Shown in pieces: positions 26,948 to 38,193 of a DNA stretch of 64,000 nucleotides (position 1 is the first letter of the stretch; each line of letters begins with the position of its first letter). A program made the position numbers and the translations under genes. The notes below the pieces were generated by a model. It did not search any database. It saw only the letters and a list, made by a program, of their open reading frames with translations, and was not told the DNA's origin. Origin of the DNA: Psammoneis japonica (Eukaryota); the NCBI GenBank assembly GCA_008632985.1, contig QPGO01000141.1, positions 62,001-126,000 on the forward strand, written 5' to 3'.

Positions 26948-27525
26948 GGGTGATGAAAAGGGGAGATCTAAACGAGAGTGCAATTTTGAAAAAATGCAAG
27001 AGCTTTAAAAAATGCAACAGGGAAACACAAGACAAGGCATGTGTGGCAAACCAACAATGTGTCATGTGGGGGGCAGATGCAGAGTGCAGCTTGCGACACA
27101 TCGTTGTCCTCTCTCCAGCTGTGCTTCTGCCACTCTCTCTGGCAGCTGGCTTTGCCACTTTGTGCATCTTGGTTGAAAGTGGGATGATCCTTGGTGTGCA
27201 CAAGTGTTGCATTCTCTCCATGCACTTTGTGCATCTTGAAAGTGGGACGGTCCTTGGCGAGCCAGTGTTGCGGCTGGTGCACCTGCTGCTCTCCAGCTGG
27301 CTCTGCTCTCTGGCTGGCTGGAGGAGCGGCTCTCTCTGCTGCCAGCTGCTTCAAAGCTTTCCAGCTCTAGCAGCTGCTCTAGCAGCTGCTCCACCACTGC
27401 CAGCAGTAGAGAGAGAGAGAGAGAGCATGGCACTGTAGAGCCGCCGCCGCCGACGGTTGCAACACATTCGCGTTTTTTGCTTTGGTTTTAAAAAATAGTT
27501 CGTAAACGCATGCGTGAGATGATGG
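26948..27525 (+). repeat. Dispersed repeat copy B (TpA-eroded)
   Basis: GGGGAGATCTAAACGAGAGTGCAATTTTGAAAAAATGCAAGAGCT...GGTTGAAAGTGGG...CATTCGCGTTTTT is homologous to 9452-9800. Confidence 0.85.
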
Positions 27526-27530
27526 TCAGT

Positions 27531-27560
<30 letters not shown>
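27531..27560. repeat. (CAGA)n microsatellite
   Basis: cagacagaca run. Confidence 0.85.
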
Positions 27561-27561
<1 letters not shown>

Positions 27562-27745
27562 CAGGCGTGCGTGTGATGTCATGACGTCAGTGCTTCTCAC
27601 CACTCATTTTTCTGTGCAATCACACAACGCAACGCAGAACAAATTGCTGTTGATGTTATTCTCATCGTTCTGCTTGTGCTGCTGGTTGCTATTATTGTCT
27701 CACCATTACTCCTTTCATCTAAAAAAAGAAAACCAACAACAGAAA

Positions 27746-28824
27746 ATGAAGTTATTGTTGTTGTTTTGTTTTCGAGTTCTTATCGTTGTTCCAGCGGCAT
27801 TTTCTTTTGTGGTAGTTCGTCCCTCATCTCGTATTGTATTACTCCAAAAGAACAACAACAAGTCTACACAATTAAATGCCATTGGTGTTTGGTACGCAAA
27901 GCAAAGGAGCCAAGTTCGTAAATACTGTGAAGAGGGTGTCGAAGAGGATGTCATGGAAAAATTCAAACAACTGAAAGCTTCCGAAAAGATTGATCTTAAG
28001 GAAGAAGTAGTGGGTCCTCTCCAAGAGGCTTGACGAAACGCAAGGGTACCATTACCGTGATTGCCGAATACAAGCGCAAATTGGAAGAATCGGCCGATGG
28101 ATACATCAATGAAGTCTTTGATCCGGAAATTTTAAGTCCCACCTTTCGTGAATTTGGTGCCTCGGCCATTTCTGTGTTGGCCGATGAACGCATGGGAGGA
28201 TGCAATTATAACGATATTGCCGAATTTGTAAAAGAACAGCGTCGTGCCCAGAATGAAATGCCGGGGCCTCTTCCTATAATCAATAATGATTTGATTGTCG
28301 ATGAGATTCAAATTGCGCGGTCCGCAGCGTATGGAGCACAAGCGGTGGTGTTGAATTGGAGTGCATTGGGAAACGATTTGGTGGTGGAATTGTTGCAAGC
28401 GACGCGAGCTTTGAATTTGGAAGCCATTGTGGCTGTATCGTCCAAACAAGAAGCGCAAGAAGCCATTCATGCCGGTGGACGTATTCTCAGTGTCGTCAAT
28501 GTTCCCGGAGCCGACGACAAGGCGGCCGTGATTGATTCTCTCGAGATACCGGAGGGTGCTCAGATTTGTACCATTGCCAACATTTTGACACGAGACAATC
28601 AAGAATTTGAAGAAATTGAAGAAGCGTGGTCGTGTCGTGATAAGGGATTCAATTGTGTGTGGGTATCGGAAGCCTTGTACAAGGGAGGAACCAATCCCGG
28701 AGAACATCCCGGTGCTGTCATTAATAGCATGAAGGCCAAGAGTTCCGTCAAGTGGGCATCGCCCAAGGCGAGGAGTGGAAAAGGTGAAGGTGCACGAGAG
28801 TATCTTGGTGATATCATGATGTAG
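27746..28824 (+). CDS. trpC: Indole-3-glycerol phosphate synthase-like protein with a putative bipartite plastid leader; frameshift at about 28030
   Basis: Signal peptide ending AAFS-FVV; VIAEYKR, GASAISVLAD, DLIVDEIQIARSAAYGAQAVVL, LEAIVAV. Confidence 0.8.
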
Positions 28825-28996
28825 TTAGTAACGTTGTGTGTGTGAATTATGGAATTCTGTAGCTCGAGTATACAACAAGAACAAAACTACTACCAACATG
28901 AGGCACTATCTCGAGAGACAGACAAGATTATTGAATTGAATACTCTATACCTACCTAACATTGTAAGGCGAGTTGTACTACTTTTCTAAGCGTTGA

Positions 28997-31880
28997 AAAA
29001 ACTACATGGTGGACCGCAATAATAAGGAGCGTAATACTGTACATTGTAGAAATCAGAAGAACTATCCCGTGCATGCCATAGTAGACTTGCTGTGCATCGG
29101 TCCGTTCCGCGCCCCACTCTCCACAGTGATGCGCGCGCGTTATTACGGTCAAAGCACAGACTCACGGAGAGCAATGGGAATTGGTGCCATGCAACAGAGT
29201 GGAGCTTGACCACACAAGAACGAACCTGCCAAGACAGGCGCTGTCTCCAGAGACAAATCTGTTTGGTGCATCGTGCCCACATCTGACATCATTGTGCCGC
29301 GAGTTGAGTGCGCTGCTTTTCTGCTGAGTGTTGTTGGAGAAGAGCCATGTGTGGTGGGTGCCGCAGCATCAACAAGGGGCGTGGTGCTGAGCACTGAAGA
29401 AATTAGAAGAATTCTTTGTGCATCACAGCACAGCACAGCAGGCTGTCATTGGTTGGCCTGTTGACCACTCTCCACTGTGATGCATGCAAGATGCACTCAA
29501 AACACAGACTCAATGTCCGTGGGGGTGGGTCTGTGTGAGCAAAAATTTTCTTCAACCAAGGCCGGCTGGGAGCCAGCGTCATGCACAATGGAACAAGTTG
29601 GCACAGCTGTCCACAGAGGAAGTTTCCTCACAAGCTGAGCAGAAAATGATGCCTTGGTCATGGAATTGCAAAAATGCTGGAGCTGGGTCTTGAGCACTGG
29701 ATTTTTGTTTGAGAGTTGGGAGGAGGGGGGGGAAGTGTGCTGGTGTGTCATCAGCCAACTTGCCAGCCTCTTGACATTGTCAAATTTGCTCAAGTGCTCA
29801 GCTCAACATGTGATGACAGCATTGTCAAATGCCTGAGACTGGAGAGGATGCCCCCCATGAGTGGAAGAAAGCTGTCAAAGAAAATTTGCCTTGGCTGAAC
29901 TTGCAACTGGCCAAGTGTGGGGAAAGCAAATGCTGCCATCACAACAATGGCATCTTTGATGAAACCTTTGGCCACATTTTGGGTCTCAGAGAGCAGGGCA
30001 TGGCAGAAGTCCTTGGCCTCAGCAAAGCTCTGCAATGCAAAAACACACAGCTGCATGTGCAGGAGCATCACAGCTGGCCCCAACCAGTGTGCAAAAGCAT
30101 TGAATTTTTTTTGCAGCCACCATGGCAAAGTGCAACAGTGCACAGCCTCTTTGGGGGTGTTGAGTGCTGTGCTCAGATGCATGTGAAGAGCTGCTTGCAT
30201 GTCTGAAAAGCTGAGATGCAGGCTGAGTGAGCAACGGCACATCTTGTGCAGTGGCTTGATGTGATCCAGCTCTCCAGGTGGGACCTGGACAGAACACTGC
30301 TGGACTGTGACACCAAAGCATTTTGTCCTTCACTGCATGTTGTGCAGGTGCATTTCTGTGTGAATTGTGTGGTGTGGGCAGCTTGTTTTAGAAATTGTGA
30401 GAGGTGCCAGATTGCAATGCTGCAAACTTGGTTGTTCATCTCTTCAGCGCAGCTTGTCACACACAGAATTCTGTGGGCCTTTGACACATGGAGTCCTGCA
30501 GGAGCCCATGTCTGGAGCATGCCATTTGTTTGCCATGAAACCAAGCTGCCATTTCTGACAACTTGATTTTCCAACACTGTGCTGCTCAGACCATGCAAGA
30601 AAGCAAGACGATTTTGTTTGCACTCGCTGCCAGCCCAAGCTGCTCACCTTGCAACAGCAATGACCACACCAGCAATCAGCAGCAAGTGCTTTTGCCTGGG
30701 TGCAAGGACACACATGCATGCTGTGCTGTCTGGCAAATGTTCAGCAGTTTGACTGCACCAGCTGCCATTGCCCAAACAGCGGGCCATGCAGACAGTTTGC
30801 TGACAATTCAAGATTTCTTGTTGACTGCCACCCCAGCTTGTTCTCTGTTGCATGCTGCACTGACCCTCAGCAACTGTGCCAACTGAGCTCACACTCACTC
30901 TGTCAGAGCTGTGTGTTTTGGCTGTTTGCATTTGTTCTGCACATTGAGGGGACAAAGGCTGGGGCATGTGATGACATGCCACCATTTGAAAAATCTTCAT
31001 GCAAGTGCCATTGAGGGCACACTTTTTTGATCTCCAGATCATCCCTTGCATCAGCTCACCACCTCTTGACAATGATGAAAGATTTGCATTCGCACATGTG
31101 TGCGATCAGCGGCACTTGTCTGCATCATTGTTGCACACCTTTCAGTGCAGGTGTCTGTGTGCTTTCTAAAAAATGGCTCTGAGGCAAACTTGTGTGACAA
31201 TCATCTCTTGACATGTGTGGCACGTTGTGTGTGTTGACTTGCAGGCTGCACCACAAATGGCATTTCAGGCATGCAACAGCGTGAGAGTGATTCCCAGTGT
31301 GAAAGTGGGGGGGGAGGGGAGCAAGCCTGTCATTGCAGTCAAACAGCAACAAATTGAGGGGAGGGCACCTGCAACAAAGAAATCACCTGGCCACAATGCC
31401 GCCACTGAGGTGACACTCAGATGTGACAACAACTTCTGAGCCAGCAACAACAGCTGGTGTGATGCGTCATGGGCGTGCACGCATGTGTGCCCAGACACAC
31501 TCCTTGAAGCAGCCAAACTAACCCTGAACTACTCCAACTCAGGTGTGTTGGCTGGCATGACATCTGCCACTGTCATTTTGTGGAGATCCAACAGCAAAAG
31601 TTGTGCTGCGTCCACTGTTCTTGAATGATGATTTGCAAAGGGTGTGACAACAGCATGTCAATTTCTGCAATCAGCACTGGGTCAAAACAAACAACCAACA
31701 GCAATGCACAGAAGTGATGCGCAGTCTCTGGGCTTTAATTTGTTTTTTTTCCCGTTTTGTTGGATTGCACAACTCAAGCAGCAGAGAGATAGGCAGACTC
31801 ATTGATTTTTTGACATGACGAAACATGCATTGTGACGGAAACAAGGCACGCGATGCACGGTCTACAAATGAAACAAACTA
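28997..31880. mobile_element. Heavily eroded repeat/transposon relic, origin unrecognisable
   Basis: TpA and CpG nearly absent beyond about 29300; internal duplication of 28997-29090 at 29340-29440. Confidence 0.5.
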
Positions 31881-31929
31881 CAAAATGCAGTGTGATTGAC
31901 ACAAGAGAATGAAATGTAAAAATGCATTT

Positions 31930-33982
31930 CTAATTGTTGTTTGACTTGAATGCACACGCGGATCCGGAATTCCCGCCATTGACATCAGCTTGACGAGCAC
32001 CAACTCCAACAATGCTTCCGTCTGCCGACAAGGACACGGAATATCCAAAAAGATCACCTTCAGCCTCGCCATTTAAAGGATCTCCGACTTGCATCCATTC
32101 ATCTGCATTGCTGTCATGCTGAAAGATTCGAACTTGACACGCCCACTCCAATCCATTGACGCCACGCCAAATGCTTCCGACCGCCAAGACGTTTCCATTG
32201 CCACTCAATGACACGGACAATCCAAAGCGATCACCAGGCCGTTGTGTCAAGAGAGTTTGGCCGAGTTGATTCCATGTCAGAGTCGAGCGGTCGTACGAAT
32301 AAACCAAAACCCGCCCGTTGTTTGTTCCCCGTTCACCCGCGGTCACGATCAAACCGCTGTCGTCAAGAGAAACCGAATGTCCAAACTCACCATCAACGAC
32401 TTGTCCATTGATTGGACTGCCCAACAAATCCCATTTTGATGACGCAGAATTGTATTCATAGACCGACACTTGACCTGCATTGTCTCCACCCGAATCATTG
32501 TCGTTGGCTCCAACACCGACAATGGTTCCCTGATCATTCAAGGAAACGGAACGTCCAAAATAATCATTAGCGGATTGGCCAATCAGTGTTTGTCCGAGTT
32601 GGCTCCAGGATGAGGAGTCGTGGTCGTATTGAAAGAATCTAACCGATCCTGAATTAGAGCCATTTTCCGTGTCATCCAAATAAGCTCCCACAGCAAGAAT
32701 GTCTCCCGCATCCGAGAGTGACACAGAAATACCAAATAAATCAGCAGCGTCTTGTCCAAGAATATCGTTACCGAGTTGGACCCAACGATCCGATGCCGAG
32801 TTGATTTCAAACACCCGAACATGACCGGCAATCGATCCGCCACTGCCATTCCATGGAGCTCCAACCGCAAGAATTGTGCCGTCGCCATTTAATGAAACAG
32901 ACTCGCCAAATTCGTCGCCGCCGGTTTGTCCAATCAATTCTTGGCCAAATTGTGTCCATTGATGGGTACTTGTATTGTATTGTTGCACAACAACATAGCC
33001 GGGATTGGAAGAAAACTCTTGATTCGCTCCAATAGCCATTACACTACCATCACGAGACAAGGAGACGGAATAGCCAAAATTATCATCTGCAGCTTTGCCG
33101 CGCAAGACTTGCCCAATCAATGGACCAGCTGAGTAAGGAGTTGGCCGGTACATTTCCAAACGGATGTCATCTTTACTTAGCGCCATGTCATATAGGCCGA
33201 CAGAATCCATGTGACCCGTAAAATAATTGTTCCTTTCCTCCTCGTTCTCGTGATACTGTAGTGACTGCCAATGTTGAAGGGTGCCCTGTTGACACAGTAT
33301 GGTCCATTCTTTGGAGGCTTGCCCTCACCCGACAATTCTCCATTAATGTAGATTCTCAATGTAATGCCGTCGTAAGTCATGGCGGTGTGCGTCCAAGTAT
33401 CGGTAGGAATGGGATTGTTGCTCTCAATTCTGAACTTGCTGTTCCCATTACAGCCACTAAAATAGCCACCGGCCCGCACCTTGCCGGTTTCCTGATGAAT
33501 GACGAGCCACGTCGCATATGGTTTCTGAATAATGACCTGAGCAAAGTCGTCCGTAGGGACGTATCGTACCCATGCCATCATGGTATAGGATTTCATGTTG
33601 AGATTGGTAGATTCGGGTACAAGAACATGGTGCCGGCCTTTCAAGCTGAGAGCATTCTTGAAATAACCGACCGATTCGCCGGATGGTCCGCCACTTTGTC
33701 CTTGTTTTCCATTCCATCCCATCTTTCCCGTATCCTTGAAAAGTCCATGAAATCCATCAAATGTATACTCCACAAGCGGTCCAATGCATGGTTTCAAGCT
33801 AGGTAGACTGACTGACGTTGGAAACAGCTCGCGATTCTTACCAACGTAGAGAGGGAAGTGTTCAGGCGAGTTGATGGTAAGGCATGCTTCTTGTCCTTGC
33901 TTCAAGACGAAATTGAAGCCGTCTACATCACCTCTATCCAGCTGAAAGTTGAAATCCGTACCGTTCACCGAATCCATTCCTT
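31930..33982 (-). pseudogene. 5'-truncated paralog of the LamG + FG-GAP repeat gene
   Basis: Colinear with 57484-59545; lacks signal peptide and start; frameshift at about 33250. Confidence 0.85.
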
Positions 33983-34130
33983 AGGATCATGTTAGTTGTA
34001 ACTACGTGGTAAATCACGATAATTAATTTTTCCTTATCTGGTTTCCTTATCTTTCCTTATCTAAGGAAATTCAGGGTCGAATAAGGAATTCCCTACGATC
34101 GAAAACCCTAGTCGCAACAATCCGCGGTCG
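33983..34130. other. Short TpA-rich insert at a deletion breakpoint, possibly a transposon end
   Basis: TTTCCTTATC x3 plus inverted TAAGGAA x2, ending ...AAACCCTA; absent from the paralogous locus. Confidence 0.5.
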
Positions 34131-34720
34131 GTTTGCGGATGATTGGAAGTACCCCTGACCAGGCGTCAATGGAGGGATGGGGCAGAATTCACGCCCATTC
34201 AGGGGATGCTGTTGGTCATTCTGTTCCTGCAGCAGAGAGACCCTCATGTGCAAAGGGGGGTGGCTTTGCACTGGATTTGCTGTCAGACTCTCCAACAGCG
34301 GCCTTTCCACGCTGACCGAAGAGTTGCTGCCCAGAAACTCTGCAAGCCATCTGCAGCTGCACTCTGCCTTTGTGAAGAGGTGGGCTTTGGCTGCCACCAG
34401 GCCAGGCACGTTTTTGTGCAAGCCGTGGGGAAAAAGCAACTTGGGTCATTTTCAAAGGCTCGAGGGGTGGGGTGGTGGGGCAGCACTGTGCCACCTGCTG
34501 CCTTGCCTCCAGCCCCCCTGTGCTGTTGCAAGCCAATGTGCAGCACTGGGGGTGGAGAGGGGCGGCTTTTTTCAAATTTTCAGCGCACAGCTCATGGCAC
34601 GCCACCAGTCTGGCACTGTCTCTGGGCAGGAGAAAGTCAGGCAGGCTGGGTGGAAAATGTGCGGCAAAGGTCGCCAGCCTCCTTGTTGCTGGCTTGACAA
34701 CATCAGGGGCCTGAGTTGAT
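34131..34720 (+). repeat. Eroded upstream region duplicated at about 60057-60900
   Basis: GATTGGAAG..CCCTGACCAGGC...CAGGGGATGCTGTT...CAGACTCTCCAAC...GCCCAGA.ACTCTGCA shared by both loci. Confidence 0.8.
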
Positions 34721-36302
34721 GAGCCCTCACACCCACAGCCGACCGGATCTCAGTCTGGACAAACACATGTGATTGAAAACAAATGAGTGTGTCACGCACC
34801 TTCAACAAATGTCCCTCAGATTGAGCCAGCAACATGCAACCCCGCAAGTTTTTTGTGCTGCCCAAGGAGCAGCCATGCAAATGAGCCAAAGCTCCCTTGT
34901 TGCTTTTGAATGGATCTCTGTGAACATGTCATTGTGGCCTGCACATTGGTGGCTGAGAAACACACCATTGTGATTGTTGTTGTCTTTGATTTGCTTGTGA
35001 TTGCTGGCTTGCCATTTTTGCACATGTGCAAACTTTCATGGCACATGGTTCTCCAATGAAATGCTGTGGCGGGGCAGCAAAATGTGATCAAAACAGCTGC
35101 AGTGACCCAACATGGGTCAACAGCATTGACAAGCTCCTGCCCAGCCTGGCCCTTCTGTTCACACAGTGCTGGGGAGAACAAATTGTCCCTGTTTTGCAGC
35201 TGCCATCTCAGGAGCAGTGCTGCACAAATGCATGTTGTGTGCTCACAGCACTGTGTGTTTTGTGCACTGGATTCATTCATGCATGGATCTTCAAGGCGGC
35301 TGCTTTGATGGCTTTGAGCTGTGACATCATTGGCGCTGCAGCAAGCCGGCAGGTGGAGGCAGGGAACCCACAATTGGCGCTTGTCATGGGTCTCTGGCAA
35401 TGGACTGTTTTGCATGGAAGAGAACAGACTGAAATTCTCCAAAGTGGGGTGTGCAGAAGATTTGAGCCAAAACTGATCTTCTGTGGAAAGGTGTCACCAA
35501 GTTGATGCACCCAACGATGATGAACCCCTCACCCATTCCCCCTTGCTCTCAGGGATGACATGGGTCAAGGAACTTGCCAAACTTCTCAAAGTCCCTGTTG
35601 GAGCAGTTTCATGTGTTGAAGTGGATGGGTCAAAGTCTTGTGGTGTTGACAATTGCTTCCTGCTGCCAGCACGGCAAAACACACAAGGTGGACACAACAA
35701 TGGACCATGACATTTCATGGTTTCCAGTTGCCCCTGATGGCAAAGGTCATTTTCTTCTTGGTCCACAGCACATGAGACGAAAGGAAGGAAACCTTGCACT
35801 TGTTGCAACACCTTTTGTCACAGAGTGAAACGTTCATCTGCATGTTGTGTGTGTCTGAGAATTTTGTTGCAACAGCTGGGTGATTGCACTGTGGCATTTT
35901 CATCCTGAACATCAACACATTGACAAGTCAAACAAGTGCACTGGTGCCTGAATCTGCACAGTGGCAACACAACATTCTGGGAATGGGAAAAGAAAAAGTG
36001 GGTTGGTGGCGTGAGCCAAAGTCAAACCTGAGCTTGAAGGGTCCATCAGAGTGCACGATGTCGCAACATCTGCACACATGACAAAAATGTGCTGCCACAT
36101 TGTAAAATCTGCTCATCCACACATGATGGTTTTTGTCATTTGGTCAATTGTCAATTTCCTGCCATTCTTCATGTTTGAACACAGATGCTTTTTAATTTTT
36201 GTGCTCAGCCTTTTTCACAACAACTGACGATCTTTAACGACAAGCCAAACATTGCAATTGCATGCAATGAAATTTTCATCATGCAAAGTGTGCACTGATT
36301 GT

Positions 36303-37000
36303 TCAATCAACAACTGTGCTCCAATTGGCCTGTTCGTCCGCATCGTCCTCTTCATTCCACATGTCTTGTCCACTCTCTTGCAAGAATTTCAAATGTGCTG
36401 CTGCCGCGTTGGATGTTTCCTCGTCACCGTTCCAAAAAAGCCACACTGCCTTTCTTGCATTTGGGCGAACATCATCGAGAGGAAGAGGTCCCTCGAAATG
36501 CAGAATCGCATCGCTGCTCCCCTCTTGATGTCGTGTCATCTGCTTCTTTTTCTCTTTCTTCATTTTTCCCGTCCTGTTTTTCTCTTCCTTCTTTGTCTTG
36601 GCGCCACCTGTTTTCACCGTCTCCGGCGTCTTTCCATCCGAATCCTTCTTTTTCATCGATCCCGTCGCCGTCACCTTCATCGTGTGTCACTTTGTTTTGG
36701 ATCCATGTTTCTGACTTCTCTCTGTGCTGTCCCCATTTCCGAATGTTTCTTTGTGATTGTTCGCATGCATCACTTGAAGGCACCCACGTGTTCTTCACGT
36801 GCCTTAACGTGCATGTAGAAATCCATGTTGTTTTCCAGCACATGCACCCTTTCTCCTGATGCATGTTTTCACAATGTTTTCTTCCATCAATTCTACACTC
36901 CGCATTGCCCTTTCCCGGCACAATCTCACGTGGGATTTCTCTGGGAGAAGTCACATGCGCGTCTGGCAGGTTTTTGTGTGTGAAACTCCAAATCCTGCCA
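36303..37000 (-). pseudogene. Accessory ORF relic of the Plavaka element (charged protein, frameshifted)
   Basis: Overlapping K/E/D-rich ORFs 36472-37215 and 36303-36680. Confidence 0.3.
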
Positions 37001-37001
37001 G

Positions 37002-37958
37002 GTGCATGTGCAACTTCTCCCACGCACCACTCTGGCACATTTCCACAGAAACCAGAATTTTGTGACTGACGCACGACCAATCTGTTCGGAGGAACAGAGA
37101 GCAAAGGGTGCAAAGGCTGCTGTGTCAAGATCAGCAGAAGCAATGGCAGAAGCCCGTTGTGCTGTTGTGGCTGCAACGACCACACTTGACAGTGCTTTGT
37201 CAAATCAAGCAACAACCACTCGTGAATTTAAGCACATCCATGCGCAGTTCATCAAGTCATCGATCGAGACACACTGTTCAGACAACGACTGTGTTGTTGC
37301 AGTGGAAAATTGCAGCAAAGCGGAAATGAGTTTCCAATGCTTTCTTCACGGCAACGCATTTGACACAAAAGAATTGGGGCTTCCAATCTCCATTGCGGGA
37401 CATCAAAAATCAGAATGCAGGCTAAACATGCTGCACAGCTGTGACTTGGCATTGCTTCTGAGAAGCCTCAGGGCAAATTCTGACACAGACGCCAACAGAG
37501 CAGCAGAGAGGGAGTTTTCTGTGATTGACAGCATCAACAAATCCATCCACTGCCGTGCCGTGCCACTCCTTCGAAGGCGACATCTAACACAGCTGCAGCG
37601 TGTCCTGAAGGATGCACTCACGTTGCTCCACGAGGCCCTTGACGATTTGAGAAGGAAAGACGTTGCCTTGCAGCGACAGTGGCAAGCTTTGCATGATCTG
37701 AGGCCAGGCACAGATCAAATGCGGGGAGGGACATGGACCGCGATCCGGGCTGTGGACGAAGAAGCCGTGGCAAGAGAAAGGGTCCTGCAGTTGGCGTTGC
37801 AAATCAAGGCACAATTGGTGGCTGTCAACCAGCCTGACCACAGCGCCGACTTTCAGCAGGTGATTGTGGCTGCCAGGGAACATTTCATGGTGCAGGATGA
37901 CCAAATGGACCGTGCAAGTGGACACTGCATGGAATCTGTGAGGAAGCAATTGCTCTAA
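37002..37958 (+). CDS. Hypothetical helical accessory protein inside the Plavaka element
   Basis: 318-aa ORF with a coiled-coil-like C-terminal half and no Tyr. Confidence 0.45.
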   Translation: MHVQLLPRTTLAHFHRNQNFVTDARPICSEEQRAKGAKAAVSRSAEAMAEARCAVVAATTTLDSALSNQATTTREFKHIHAQFIKSSIETHCSDNDCVVAVENCSKAEMSFQCFLHGNAFDTKELGLPISIAGHQKSECRLNMLHSCDLALLLRSLRANSDTDANRAAEREFSVIDSINKSIHCRAVPLLRRRHLTQLQRVLKDALTLLHEALDDLRRKDVALQRQWQALHDLRPGTDQMRGGTWTAIRAVDEEAVARERVLQLALQIKAQLVAVNQPDHSADFQQVIVAAREHFMVQDDQMDRASGHCMESVRKQLL

Positions 37959-38193
37959 AAATGCACACACTGTGAGTGAATGACAGATTGACACGCGTGC
38001 CCCATTTTAGAAACAAATCTGACCAACACTTCCTTCTGTCCTGTGCAGCCCAAACAAGTGGGGCCTTTTCTTGTGCTTCCACCACTCCTGGACATTCTTC
38101 ACAAACCAAAACATTGTCCCCAATTGCTTCGACAGGGACAACACGCAACTCAGGTGAGTGCTGAGTCTTCTCAGGCGTTGAAAGCCAGTTGTT

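Noticed and set aside
9452..27525. LTR retrotransposon bounded by the two direct repeats
   Set aside because: No gag/RT/integrase, PBS or TG...CA ends were seen, and the interval contains a normal host gene and a Helitron
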